From Chthoniobacteraceae bacterium (GTDB lineage Bacteria > Verrucomicrobiota > Verrucomicrobiia > Chthoniobacterales > Chthoniobacteraceae), in contig JBBCKI010000064.1 of assembly GCA_037190965.1 (NCBI GenBank), forward strand, positions 12,254 through 76,253: a DNA stretch of 64,000 nt. The letters are read 5' to 3'. Positions 28,106-37,670 of the stretch are shown here, piece after piece. Made by a program: the position numbers and the translations under genes. Numbering within the stretch: the first letter of the stretch is position 1; each line of letters opens with the position of its first letter. A model generated the notes under the pieces. The model was not told the origin of the DNA. It ran no database searches and saw nothing but the letters and a program-made list of their open reading frames with translations.

Positions 28106-30025
28106 ATGAGCCGCATCCATCTGCTTTCTGACGAGGTGGCCAGCCAGGTCGCGGCGGGCGAGGTGGTGGAACGCCCCGCGTCGGTGGTCAAGGAGCTGGT
28201 GGAAAACGCGATCGACGCCCAGGCTCGGCACATCGAGGTATTGGTACGGCGGGGCGGGATCTCACTCATTCGCGTGGTTGATGACGGGGTGGGGATGGAC
28301 CGGGATGACGCGCTCCTTTGCATGGAGCGCCATGCCACCAGCAAGATTCGCAAGGGGACCGACCTCTCGGAAATCCGCACGCTCGGGTTCCGTGGGGAAG
28401 CGTTGCCGAGCATCGCGAGCGTCTCCCGTTTTCGGCTTTCCACGCGCGAACACGGCGCCGTCGCGGGTACGGAGTTGATGATCACCGGCGGCAAGATCGA
28501 TTACGTGCGCGACGGCGGGGAAGCCCCGGGAACTCAGATCGAGGTGCGCTCGCTCTTTTTCAATCTCCCCGCGCGCCGGAAGTTTTTGCGGACGGAGAAC
28601 ACGGAGATGAGCCACGTGGAGCAGCAGCTTGCGCTGCAAGCCCTGGGGCATCCCGAGATCGGCTTCGTTTTCAGGACCGACCAGCGATTGATCTTTCAGC
28701 TTCCTCCGACCGCCTCGCTGCGCGACCGCATTCGCGATCTTTGGGGGGCGACGCTGGCCGATGAGCTTCTGGAGATCCCCGAGGTGCCTCTGCACGGCAT
28801 CAAAGTGCATGGATTTTTGGGCAGGCCGGGGATCAGCCGTTCAACCCGGGCTCAACAGTTGGTTTTCGTCAACGGTCGGGCGGTGGAAAACAGCACGCTC
28901 AACTATGGGCTGCGCGAGGGTTACCACACGACGTTGATGAAGGGGCAGTTCCCCGTGACGTTTCTGTTCGTGGAGGTTGAGCCCTCGGCGGTCGATGTCA
29001 ACGTTCACCCGGCCAAACGCGAAGTCCGTTTTCGCGATCCTTCAAGCATCAGGGAGGCGGTGGTCGAGGTAGTCAAGCGGACGCTGGAGACCGACCGGGA
29101 ACGGTGGAGCGCCAGTTTCGCCGCGCCGGGGATCGACGTCCGGATGCCGGAGTCCGCACAGGATCCCCAGCCCATACGGGAGCCGGTGCCGGAACGGCCT
29201 GCCGAAACGCCGCGTTTTCCTCAAACGGCATCTTTGGGGTTGGGGTTCGAGCGCACCCCTCAATTTCCTCAATCACCGGCTGCCCCTTTGCATTCCGGGA
29301 GCATCCCCGAGGAACAGCGGGCCGATGGGCGGCTTGCGGAGCTTCCGCTGGAGCAGGAGAACTTCACGCCGCGCGCGGTGGTCAAGCCCGCAGCCCCGCT
29401 ATCGGTCTCGGGATTTGCCATTCCGGGCGATTCCGACGCGGAGGAGAAGCCGTTCCGACTGCTCGGGGTGATTGGCAATCTTTACGTGGTCATGGAGAAC
29501 GCCACCGGCCTGGTGCTGGTGGATCAACACGCCGCGCATGAGAGGATCCTGTTCGAGGAACTCCGGCGCCGCATGGAGCAAACGGGCGTTCCATGCCAGC
29601 GTCTCCTGATGCCGGTGACATTGGAGCTTGGCCCGCGCGACAGCGACTGGGTGGCGCAAAATCTGGAGACGCTCCAGAAGATGGGGATCGGCATGGAATC
29701 GTTCGGGGCGGGAACCTGGAAGCTCGACAGCCTGCCGCAGTTTGTCCGGCCTTCGGACCCGCTGACGCTGCTGCGGGAGGTGATCGACGAACTCCGAGCC
29801 GTCAGTTCGCAGACCTCCAAGCTTCGCCTGGGAGAAGATGTCATCGCCAAGACGGTCTGCCGCGCTGCCGTAAAAGCCAATGACATCCTCCGCGAGCCGG
29901 AGTTGGTGAGGCTGATTCTCGACCTGCTCGCCTGTGAGCTTCCTTATTGCTGTCCGCACGGCCGCCCCACGATGATCCAAATTTCTTATGGTGAACTGGA
30001 GAAAAAGTTTGGCCGCAAGGTGTAA
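28106..30025 (+). CDS. mutL: DNA mismatch repair protein MutL
   Basis: 'AAGEVVERPASVVKELVEN', 'GFRGEALPSI', endonuclease 'DQHAAHERILFE', 'CPHGRP'. Confidence 0.97.
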   Translation: MSRIHLLSDEVASQVAAGEVVERPASVVKELVENAIDAQARHIEVLVRRGGISLIRVVDDGVGMDRDDALLCMERHATSKIRKGTDLSEIRTLGFRGEALPSIASVSRFRLSTREHGAVAGTELMITGGKIDYVRDGGEAPGTQIEVRSLFFNLPARRKFLRTENTEMSHVEQQLALQALGHPEIGFVFRTDQRLIFQLPPTASLRDRIRDLWGATLADELLEIPEVPLHGIKVHGFLGRPGISRSTRAQQLVFVNGRAVENSTLNYGLREGYHTTLMKGQFPVTFLFVEVEPSAVDVNVHPAKREVRFRDPSSIREAVVEVVKRTLETDRERWSASFAAPGIDVRMPESAQDPQPIREPVPERPAETPRFPQTASLGLGFERTPQFPQSPAAPLHSGSIPEEQRADGRLAELPLEQENFTPRAVVKPAAPLSVSGFAIPGDSDAEEKPFRLLGVIGNLYVVMENATGLVLVDQHAAHERILFEELRRRMEQTGVPCQRLLMPVTLELGPRDSDWVAQNLETLQKMGIGMESFGAGTWKLDSLPQFVRPSDPLTLLREVIDELRAVSSQTSKLRLGEDVIAKTVCRAAVKANDILREPELVRLILDLLACELPYCCPHGRPTMIQISYGELEKKFGRKV

Positions 30026-30139
30026 AACGTCTATCGGAACGCGATAAAACAACATTCCAACGTTCGGGGAAAGACCCACGGGGTCAACGTGCCGCCGCCT
30101 GATTGCGGGCGCTGGCCGGGCCGCTATTCTCGCGGCAGG

Positions 30140-31543
30140 ATGACTTTCGATAAAATTCTGATTGTCGACGACGAGGCTTCCATTCACCGGCTTCTGGAGC
30201 ACCACCTCCGGCGGCAGCATTACCAGGTTTCCATCGCGACTACGCTGGCCGAGGCGGAGGATCTTTCCAAACAGGAGCGTTTCGACTTGGTGCTCCTGGA
30301 TCTTTGTCTCCCCGACGGGGACGGGCTGGAGTTTTTGAAATGCAAGGCGCAGGAGGCGTCGGCTCCCGCGATTGTGGTGATGAGCGGCTACAGCAGCATG
30401 GAGACCGCAATCCGCTGCATCCGCGCCGGTGCCATCGATTACCTCGTGAAACCGTTCTCCCTGGAGGAATTGCAACTCGTGGTTCATCGGGCCGAATCGA
30501 GGGCCGAATCGTTGAGGCAGAAACATCCACGCACCGACATTGCAGCGCAGGAATCGGGCTGCGGTGGGCGTGTTTTCGGGGATTCTCCCGCCATGGCCGC
30601 CTTGCAGGCGATGGTGATGAAGGTCGCGCCGACGGATACGCCGGTCCTCATTACCGGAGAGAGCGGGGTGGGGAAGGACAAGGTGGCCGAGGTCGTTCAC
30701 CGCGCCAGCGCGAGATCCGGGGGCCCCTTGATCAAGCTGAACTGTGGCGCCGGGCGCGAGGACCAGATCGAGAAGGAGCTTTTTGGGTGCGAAGCCGCCG
30801 CTGGGAGCCTGGAGCTTGCCCAGGGGGGCACATTGTTGCTCGAGGAAATTTCCGAACTGCCGCCGCGCGCCCAAGTCAAAATGCTGCGTGTGTTGCAACA
30901 ACGGCAGTTCGAGCGAATCGGTGACGCAGCGCCAAGGGCGGTCGATATCCGGCTCATCGCCACGACCCAGCGAGATCTCGAGACCTGTGTCGCAAAGGGA
31001 GCGTTTCGTCAGGATCTCGCTTTCCGGCTCAATGTGCTTCCGCTGCACGTGCTGCCGTTGCGCGAGCGGATTACCGATTTGCCGATGCTCGTGACCCATT
31101 GGGCGGAGGCCTACGGACGTCGCAACGGTTTGACCCTCGGAGGATTCAGCGACGACGCCCTGCGGTGTCTGATGGCTTATTCGTGGCCGGGGAATTTGCG
31201 CGAGTTGGAGAACGCGTTGGAACGGGCGGTGATTCTGACCGGTTTTCACCAGCGGGTGGAGGCGTCGGCGTTCGATTTCCTCAGCCGGCCTGCATCAGTT
31301 CCCCCCGTGACGGTTCCACTGCCGGATGAACCTCTTCTGACTCTCGATCAACTGGAGCGGCAGCATGTGTTTCGCGCTCTGGAGTACACCAAACAGAACC
31401 GGACAAGAGCGGCGGGGTTGCTCAAGATCAGCGTGAGAACCCTCCGCAACAAGCTGCATCAATACCGCAACGAGGATTCTGCAGTCTCCTGCCTGCAAAG
31501 CCACCTCGCGATCGTCGCGCCCGGTGTCGTGGACAGGAGATAG
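30140..31543 (+). CDS. NtrC-family response regulator (REC-AAA+-Fis HTH), atypical
   Basis: REC 'ILIVDDE..LLDL', Walker A 'GESGVGKD', 'WPGNLREL', HTH 'NRTRAAGLLKISVRTLRNKL'; GAFTGA absent. Confidence 0.88.
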   Translation: MTFDKILIVDDEASIHRLLEHHLRRQHYQVSIATTLAEAEDLSKQERFDLVLLDLCLPDGDGLEFLKCKAQEASAPAIVVMSGYSSMETAIRCIRAGAIDYLVKPFSLEELQLVVHRAESRAESLRQKHPRTDIAAQESGCGGRVFGDSPAMAALQAMVMKVAPTDTPVLITGESGVGKDKVAEVVHRASARSGGPLIKLNCGAGREDQIEKELFGCEAAAGSLELAQGGTLLLEEISELPPRAQVKMLRVLQQRQFERIGDAAPRAVDIRLIATTQRDLETCVAKGAFRQDLAFRLNVLPLHVLPLRERITDLPMLVTHWAEAYGRRNGLTLGGFSDDALRCLMAYSWPGNLRELENALERAVILTGFHQRVEASAFDFLSRPASVPPVTVPLPDEPLLTLDQLERQHVFRALEYTKQNRTRAAGLLKISVRTLRNKLHQYRNEDSAVSCLQSHLAIVAPGVVDRR

Positions 31544-31603
31544 ACTGAATCTTCCCGAAACAACGCAACGGCGGCGTCATTTCTCCCTCGAAAGCCGCTT
31601 TCA

Positions 31604-31621
31604 TGCACCGGATCCGGTGCA
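31604..31621. promoter_or_regulatory. Perfect 18-bp palindrome TGCACCGGATCCGGTGCA, candidate operator
   Basis: Read directly; resembles the NtrC box TGCAC-N7-GTGCA but with N8. Confidence 0.4.
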
Positions 31622-31923
31622 ATCTCGTCATTTTTAGGCCGGCTTGGGGTGTAACTGAGATTGTATTACTTTGTTAAATAACTGTTGGTTATCTTGGGGC
31701 ATTCCGTTTCGTAGAAAGGGCCCGGAGTTTTTCAAAATGGCTTGACTCAATCGTTTTCTTGAAATTGCGAGCTTGCCCCCGGGCTCAATTTCACGGCATA
31801 TGCAGCCCTCTTGTTTATGCTGAATTTTTTCAAGATGCTCCGTCGGGGCCAGTCGTTTGGCATAGGCAGGTTTAAAAGTCGATTGCGTCGGTCAGAAGCC
31901 GTGCCATCGTAGAGAACAAAAAC

Positions 31924-32133
31924 ATGCTAGTCCTATCACGCAAAGTGGGAGAAACGATCATGATCGGTGATAACATCGAGATCATGGTCACTCGGATTGA
32001 ACGAGATACCGTCCGTATCAGGATCAGTGCCCCCCGGGAGATCCCGATTTTTCGTGGAGAGCTTTATCGTGAGATCAAGCGAACCGCGGAAGAAGGTGCA
32101 GGCGCTCCGCCGCTCGACCTACCTGAGGCATAA
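31924..32133 (+). CDS. csrA: Carbon storage regulator CsrA
   Basis: '[20 protein letters not shown]...[19 protein letters not shown]'. Confidence 0.92.
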   Translation: MLVLSRKVGETIMIGDNIEIMVTRIERDTVRIRISAPREIPIFRGELYREIKRTAEEGAGAPPLDLPEA

Positions 32134-32202
32134 CCCAGGGATCCGCAGGGGGAGAACCCATGCGAGGAGGCCGGGTGCCATCTTTCTGATCCAGCAACCA
32201 TT

Positions 32203-32248
32203 CAAGAGACGGTTCGCACTCTTTTGAGGGGGGCGAACCGTCTTTTTT
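32203..32248 (+). terminator. Intrinsic terminator after csrA
   Basis: AGACGGTTCGC...GCGAACCGTCT stem followed by a T run. Confidence 0.75.
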
Positions 32249-32407
32249 GAAAAGCCCTCTGATGAGGTGCGGCTTGGGGACGAGGAGTACGCAACGGATG
32301 CTTGAACTGGCACAGTTGACGCGCCTTCCTGCCGACCGGTTTGGAATTCAGCGCCGCCAGTACTGCGGCAGGCGCTTGCTTGGGCGCCACGCCGCTCCCA
32401 CGACAAT

Positions 32408-32439
32408 CCGACGGGGGCGGAGCTCCGCGACGCCGCCCT
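32408..32439. repeat. REP-like family A, single copy
   Basis: CCGACGGGGGCGGAGCTCCGCGACGCCGCCCT. Confidence 0.75.
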
Positions 32440-32461
32440 GTGGAGTTGGCTGACGAAGGTA

Positions 32462-34174
32462 TCAGACCTCTTCCGGAGAGCCCTCTGCCGCAGCCGGAGT
32501 TTCCTGATTCTGACTTTCCTTAGCCGCTGGTAGTTCTTCGGCCACTGGCGCCAATTCGGCAGTCGGAAGCGCTTCCACATCAGGCTCGGGAGCCGCTTGA
32601 GCCTCCTGAGTCGCTTCAACCGCCGCGGAAGGCTTTGCTTCTGCCGGGGCCGACGCAGTCGCGGCTGAGGTTTCCGCAGAGAGGTCCTTGGGAGTCAGCG
32701 GGAGATCAAGGGTGCCATCGTGGAATTCGATGACGTGGCCCGAGGTGATCAACCAGTGGAGATCAGAGGCAAGACTCGTTTTGAGTTTCTGGAAATCGGG
32801 CTCTGCTTCGTGCGGCTTGAGCAGGTGGTTGGAGATGTCGGCTCGGGTGCATTTCGGCGAGGTCTCGATGACGTTGAGAATGCCCGCAATATGTTCGGAG
32901 ACATTTCTCGCTTCCGATCCGAACCGGACGGGGCGGACAGTGGAGACGAAAAGGATCCGCTTGCGATGTTTCCAGATATGCAGGCCGTTCTCCGTGAAGT
33001 GCGGGCGTATCTGGTTGACGATTTGCGCCGGGAAGCCGCGTTCCTTCTCCCACGCCGCGCGGATGGCGTCGCGGATCACGCGGTCGTTCACATTGCGGCT
33101 GGCGGTCCCGCTGATCTCGACGCTCTTCTGGCCTTTCACTTCTTTCTCGAGATAGTTGGCGCGGAAGTGTGCTTCCACTTCAGCAAGCGTCTTGAACTCC
33201 ACGGGCACCTCTTCCTTCAGGGTGCGGTAAAGGGTGGTGGAACTCGCCTCGGTCTTCCATTGCTCGATGGCCGCCGGGTCGTTGACGACCTCGATTTGCC
33301 GAAGGAAATCGTTGAAGTCCATGCGGCGGCTGAACCGGGCTTCAAAGAGGCGGCGTAGCGCGAGCTGGTAGCCGTGGTGATTGGTGGGCCCCAGCAGGAC
33401 GCCGCTGAAGCGGCATCGGGCGACATTGGTGTAGTTTCCCTTTGGTGGGTCATTCTGGATGACCTCTTCGCAGTAGAAGGTTCCCTTGAGGGTGCGGAAG
33501 GCGTCGCGCTCGGCGTGGGCGCGGTTCAGGGAAACCGGGCCGCCTTCGCCGGTCTGATAGACGGGGCAGGCGGGCGCGTTGGAGGTGATGCGAACGCGAT
33601 GCCGCTCCGGCTTGTTGAGGAACATTCTCCCCAGGCTGTAGAGCGGATAAGCGCGGTGGTTCGACTTGATCTGCTGCGAAAGCGCGCCGATTCCTTCGGG
33701 TTCCGGAATGAAATCGATTTGAAGCGGGATGTTCGGCGTCGGGGCCGCTGGAGCCGCGTCGGCTGCTTGCGGACGCGGTTTGTCGAAACGGCGTTCGCCC
33801 CGTGGGTTGTTGCGGTTGTCCTGTCCAGGTCGATTAGGATGATTGGGACGGTTAGGATGATTAGGGCCGCCGCTTTTGCCCTGATTTCCCCGATTGCCTT
33901 GATTGGGCCTGGGCTGGCCCTGTTGCCCATGTTGACCTTGGGGGCCACGCCCGGGGCCTCCGGGCCGCCGGTTGTTATCGCGATTTCCAGGGCCACCGGG
34001 GCGTCCGCCTCCTCCGGGACCACTTGAGCGTCCGCGACTGCCACGGTCAAAGTCGCGTCGAGGATAGCGGCCAGCCGTCTCCCCTTCAAAATTCGCGTAC
34101 GGATTGGTGCCGGCTGGTTCTTTGAGCCAGTCGGGCAAAAATTTCAAATCGAGGTCAGGAGGCAGGTCGCTCAT
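32462..34174 (-). CDS. Hypothetical protein with G/R/N/P-rich low-complexity N-terminus
   Basis: 570-aa ORF with a globular-looking core and low-complexity ends. Confidence 0.8.
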   Translation of the reverse strand: MSDLPPDLDLKFLPDWLKEPAGTNPYANFEGETAGRYPRRDFDRGSRGRSSGPGGGGRPGGPGNRDNNRRPGGPGRGPQGQHGQQGQPRPNQGNRGNQGKSGGPNHPNRPNHPNRPGQDNRNNPRGERRFDKPRPQAADAAPAAPTPNIPLQIDFIPEPEGIGALSQQIKSNHRAYPLYSLGRMFLNKPERHRVRITSNAPACPVYQTGEGGPVSLNRAHAERDAFRTLKGTFYCEEVIQNDPPKGNYTNVARCRFSGVLLGPTNHHGYQLALRRLFEARFSRRMDFNDFLRQIEVVNDPAAIEQWKTEASSTTLYRTLKEEVPVEFKTLAEVEAHFRANYLEKEVKGQKSVEISGTASRNVNDRVIRDAIRAAWEKERGFPAQIVNQIRPHFTENGLHIWKHRKRILFVSTVRPVRFGSEARNVSEHIAGILNVIETSPKCTRADISNHLLKPHEAEPDFQKLKTSLASDLHWLITSGHVIEFHDGTLDLPLTPKDLSAETSAATASAPAEAKPSAAVEATQEAQAAPEPDVEALPTAELAPVAEELPAAKESQNQETPAAAEGSPEEV

Positions 34175-34306
34175 GTTCTTCCAGGCGGGTTTAAACGGCT
34201 ACACTACGGCAACGCAGGCTCGGGCTCAACAGCGATTCGTCCTGAAATACGTCTTTTGTCATCTTTCTTTGTTTCGAGAAAAACACTCTAATTCGCGATT
34301 CTTAGT

Positions 34307-34479
34307 TATAGCGTCTCTCAAAATCCTTTCCGGCGGCACTGGGGCGGCGCGGCCTCTGGCGCGGCGTCGCCAAGCTTGGGTAGGGGCACTGCGGCCCCCA
34401 ACCACTGCACTTTTCTCCTTGCTCCAGAAGCCACGGCGCTCCCATTGCCTTTCGGAAATTATTTTCGAGAAACGCTATA
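34307..34479. repeat. Long imperfect palindrome (about 173 bp) upstream of acpP
   Basis: TATAGCGTCTCTCAAAAT..TTTCCG pairs with CGGAAA..ATTTTCGAGAAACGCTATA; inner arms also pair. Confidence 0.65.
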
Positions 34480-34564
34480 GAGTGCAAAATCTTTGTTGCC
34501 AAAGGAGCCCGTGCTCATTAGTGCTTTCCGCACAAAATCCAACCAAAACCAGGACACCCCTATT

Positions 34565-34807
34565 ATGGCAGAGAAAAGCATCGAAGAAAAAGTCAAAGAC
34601 ATCATCGTTGAGCAGCTCGGCGTGAACCCGGAGCAGGTCACGACCAGCGCTTCGTTCATCGAAGATCTCGGCGCCGACTCGCTCGACACCGTGGAGCTCG
34701 TGATGGCGTTTGAAGAAGAATTCTCCGTCGAGGTCCCCGATGAGGACGCCGAGAAGCTCCAGACGGTGGGTGACGTGGTCAAGTACATCGAAGACAAGGC
34801 CAAGTAA
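34565..34807 (+). CDS. acpP: Acyl carrier protein
   Basis: '[20 protein letters not shown]'. Confidence 0.97.
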   Translation: MAEKSIEEKVKDIIVEQLGVNPEQVTTSASFIEDLGADSLDTVELVMAFEEEFSVEVPDEDAEKLQTVGDVVKYIEDKAK

Positions 34808-34894
34808 GGCCTCGGTCTTAATCGGAATCTCAGGCAAAGGCTGGGGCGGCAAGCCCCGCAACGCACATTTTTCGCGGAGAATCACTCCGCGACC

Positions 34895-34929
34895 AAAAGA
34901 CCACGGGTTCACCCCGTGGTCTTTTTTTT
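34895..34929 (+). terminator. Intrinsic terminator after acpP
   Basis: AAAAGACCACGGG-loop-CCCGTGGTCTTTTTTTT. Confidence 0.85.
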
Positions 34930-34982
34930 GCCTTCACGATGTGTGGTAAAAGAAGCGCTGGCAGGCGGCCGGAGAGTCCCGT

Positions 34983-35522
34983 ATGTTCCCTTTCGCGATG
35001 ATCAGCGAAGACAGTTTTCAGTATGCCATTGAGAATACGAAGGTGGTGCTTGCCCCCGACCGGCGTATCGAAACCTTTGGCAGCACGAATTTCCGGTTTC
35101 ATCTTGTTACCGAATTGATGGATCGTGCCGGAGTGGTACGGGTGCGGGATGGGAAGATCGAGGCGGATCGGCCGCAGATCATCGCGCCCGGGCATTACTC
35201 CCGGCTCATGCTGGAGGGTTTCGGCGAGCAGGCCCGCAATTTCGCCGAGTGGCTGGAAAGCCGCCCCGAAAAGATGGCTTTTCTGAAGTACGGCTTCCAG
35301 TTCCGCAAGCGGGACGTGGTCGAAAACGTCGTCCACGGCGGGGTGGAAGAGGTGGTCGACCGGATCAAGTCGGGAATCGGCAAGGCGGAAGAGCCGCTGA
35401 GTGCGATTATTTTAGGGGTGGATGACGCTTGGGAGGTCTGTCTTCTCAAGTTCACCATCGACCTCATCCAGCAGTCCGCCGGAGGAAATATGAACGATTT
35501 CCGGCAGCGAGGTCTGCTGTAA
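34983..35522 (+). CDS. Conserved-looking hypothetical protein
   Basis: 179-aa ORF in operon with LysM protein and accA. Confidence 0.75.
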   Translation: MFPFAMISEDSFQYAIENTKVVLAPDRRIETFGSTNFRFHLVTELMDRAGVVRVRDGKIEADRPQIIAPGHYSRLMLEGFGEQARNFAEWLESRPEKMAFLKYGFQFRKRDVVENVVHGGVEEVVDRIKSGIGKAEEPLSAIILGVDDAWEVCLLKFTIDLIQQSAGGNMNDFRQRGLL

Positions 35523-35546
35523 GCCGCAGAGCGTGAACTCGTTGCC

Positions 35547-36389
35547 GTGGGAAAAACCATCTGGATCTTCAAAACGCTGGTCATTCTGGGCCTGATCGCG
35601 GCCATTTTCATTCCGGCGGCTTATTTTTCCTACGAGCTTTTCGTCAAGCCCAACCAGATCCCCGCAGAGGAGGCGCTGGGACTGGCGAAGCCGCCGCCCG
35701 ACCCGAGCCTGCCGGAACTGGAGAAGGCGCTGGCAATCAAGGAGAAGCACAAGTTGTTGGAGGCGCGGCTTGCCCTGGAGACCTTTCTCGACAATTACCC
35801 GTTCTCCACCCGGCTCAATGACGCCAAGGAGGCGCTGGGGCAGATCAACACCGATATTTTCTTTTCCGCGATCTCCGCGCCGGAAAAAATCCGCTACGAG
35901 GTAAAAAAAGGGGACGCTTTGGTGAAGATCGAGCGGAAGCTCAACACGACCCGCGAGCTTTTGATGCGCTGCAACAACCTCGACGATCCCCGGCGGCTGA
36001 GCATCGGGCAGGTGCTTTTCGTCAACCAGGTCGATTTTTCCGTGGTGGTTGATCGCAAGCAGCGGAAAGTGACAATCCTGAATTACTCGCGGTTCTTCAA
36101 GCAATACACGCCGGTGGAATGGCATGCCCCGGAACCCAAGGCGGGTACCCCGGCCGTGCCGCTCGCCGCCAAGGTGAAGGATAAAATCGCCTGGTATGAA
36201 GGGGCCCGGGTCTCCTTCGGCTCCAAGGAGTACGCGGCGAGCACCCGTTGGGTGGAATTGACCACGCGAGGGTTCACCTTCTACTCCCAACAAGGCCCAA
36301 AACCGGATGGAGGAATCGCTTTCTCGGCGGGAGACATGGAAGAACTCTCGACTTTGCTGGGCAAAAACGTTCCAGTTTCGATCCAGTAA
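35547..36389 (+). CDS. Membrane-anchored LysM domain protein
   Basis: 'YEVKKGDALVKIERKLNTT..LMRCNNLDDPRRLSIGQVL'. Confidence 0.85.
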   Translation: MGKTIWIFKTLVILGLIAAIFIPAAYFSYELFVKPNQIPAEEALGLAKPPPDPSLPELEKALAIKEKHKLLEARLALETFLDNYPFSTRLNDAKEALGQINTDIFFSAISAPEKIRYEVKKGDALVKIERKLNTTRELLMRCNNLDDPRRLSIGQVLFVNQVDFSVVVDRKQRKVTILNYSRFFKQYTPVEWHAPEPKAGTPAVPLAAKVKDKIAWYEGARVSFGSKEYAASTRWVELTTRGFTFYSQQGPKPDGGIAFSAGDMEELSTLLGKNVPVSIQ

Positions 36390-36392
36390 CCC

Positions 36393-37355
36393 ATGAAGAT
36401 TGCACCGCTCGAATTTGAAAAACCGATTATCGAATTGCAGGCCAAGCTCGACGAGCTGAGGCGGCAGTTCCGCGATCAGGATATCAACCTCGACGCCGAA
36501 GTCCGCCATATGGAGACCAGGATCGAGCAGACCAAGCAGGAGATTTACAAAAACCTGACAGCCTGGCAGCGGGTGCAGATCGCCCGGCATCCGGCGCGGC
36601 CCTTCATGCTCGACTACGTGAATCTCGCCTTCAACGGTTTTGTGGAATTGCACGGCGATCGCGCCTTCGGCAATGACTACGCCATGCCCGGCGGCTTTGC
36701 CACGCTCGACGACGTGCGCTGCGTGGTGGTCGGCCACCAGAAAGGGCGCGACGTGAAGGAGAACATCCTCCGCAATTTCGGGAGCGCCCATCCGGAAGGG
36801 TATCGCAAGGCCCTGCGGCTCATGAAGATGGGCGAGCGGTTTCACTTGCCCGTGGTTTCCATGATCGACACCCCCGGAGCCTATCCCGGAGTGGGAGCGG
36901 AGGAGCGGCATATCTCCGAGGCCATCGCCGTGAATCTTCGCGAGATGATGGTGTTGAAAACGCCGATTGTAGCCGTGGTCATCGGCGAAGGCGGCTCCGG
37001 CGGGGCGCTTGGCATCGGCGTGGCGGATCGCGTGTTAATGCTGGAGAATTCCTATTATTCGGTCATCAGCCCGGAGGGTTGCGCCGCGATTCTCTGGAAG
37101 CACCGTAAACATGCCCCCGAGGCCGCCGAAGCGTTAAAATTGACGGCGAAGGATCTTGCCGAGTTGAAACTCGTCGATGAGGTGGTGCCTGAACCGCTCG
37201 GCGGGGCGCATCACGACCGGCAGGCCGCAGCGGAGAATCTCAAGCAGATCGTGCTCAAGCATTTGCGGGAGCTTTCCCAGATCCCGATGGATCAGCTTTT
37301 GGCTCAGCGTTACCAGAAATTCCGGCGCGCCGGGGAATTCATGGAGCCGCAGTAG
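36393..37355 (+). CDS. accA: Acetyl-CoA carboxylase carboxyltransferase alpha subunit
   Basis: 'LEFEKPI', 'ARHPARP', 'ELHGDRAFG', 'IDTPGAYPG', 'GEGGSGGALG'. Confidence 0.97.
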   Translation: MKIAPLEFEKPIIELQAKLDELRRQFRDQDINLDAEVRHMETRIEQTKQEIYKNLTAWQRVQIARHPARPFMLDYVNLAFNGFVELHGDRAFGNDYAMPGGFATLDDVRCVVVGHQKGRDVKENILRNFGSAHPEGYRKALRLMKMGERFHLPVVSMIDTPGAYPGVGAEERHISEAIAVNLREMMVLKTPIVAVVIGEGGSGGALGIGVADRVLMLENSYYSVISPEGCAAILWKHRKHAPEAAEALKLTAKDLAELKLVDEVVPEPLGGAHHDRQAAAENLKQIVLKHLRELSQIPMDQLLAQRYQKFRRAGEFMEPQ

Positions 37356-37374
37356 GCTGAAGGGGGGCGGGCGA

Positions 37375-37623
37375 TCAGAGCAGATCTTCCGAGGCGACGC
37401 TGGTTTGGGCGCGGGTGCTCAGGAGGCGGGCCTGTTCCACCACCGCGTCGGGATCTTCGTTGAACCGATAGCCGTGGCAATTCGGGCAGGTAACGACGCG
37501 GGCAGTCACGATGGAATCACACCCTTCGCAGACTTTGTATTCCGTCGGGCGGGTGATGATTTTTTCGGCTTTGCGGGCGCGTTCTGCAAGATGGCTCTCT
37601 TCCGGCATGTGCGTGAAAATCAT
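37375..37623 (-). CDS. Small zinc-ribbon protein
   Basis: CEGC...CPNC motif pair. Confidence 0.75.
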   Translation of the reverse strand: MIFTHMPEESHLAERARKAEKIITRPTEYKVCEGCDSIVTARVVTCPNCHGYRFNEDPDAVVEQARLLSTRAQTSVASEDLL

Positions 37624-37670
37624 CCGCCCTGATGCCGAATGCAAGGATTATCCCGATCTCGGAATTCGGG

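Noticed and set aside
29399..31249. Long antisense ORFs (616 aa here; also 35412-36911, 22246-23703, 53125-54414)
   Set aside because: Shadow frames of well-supported genes in high-GC DNA, with no recognisable motifs.
31857..31876. Sigma-54 promoter for csrA (TTGGCAT...)
   Set aside because: No GC at the -12 position.
32255..32300. CTGATGAG as a hammerhead ribozyme core (also CTGACGA in element copy 2)
   Set aside because: No stem II followed by GAAA in the right arrangement; the motif is not conserved in copy 1.
33830..33868. 9-nt periodic repeats
   Set aside because: They encode the PNHPNR low-complexity stretch of a CDS; not a CRISPR or separate element.
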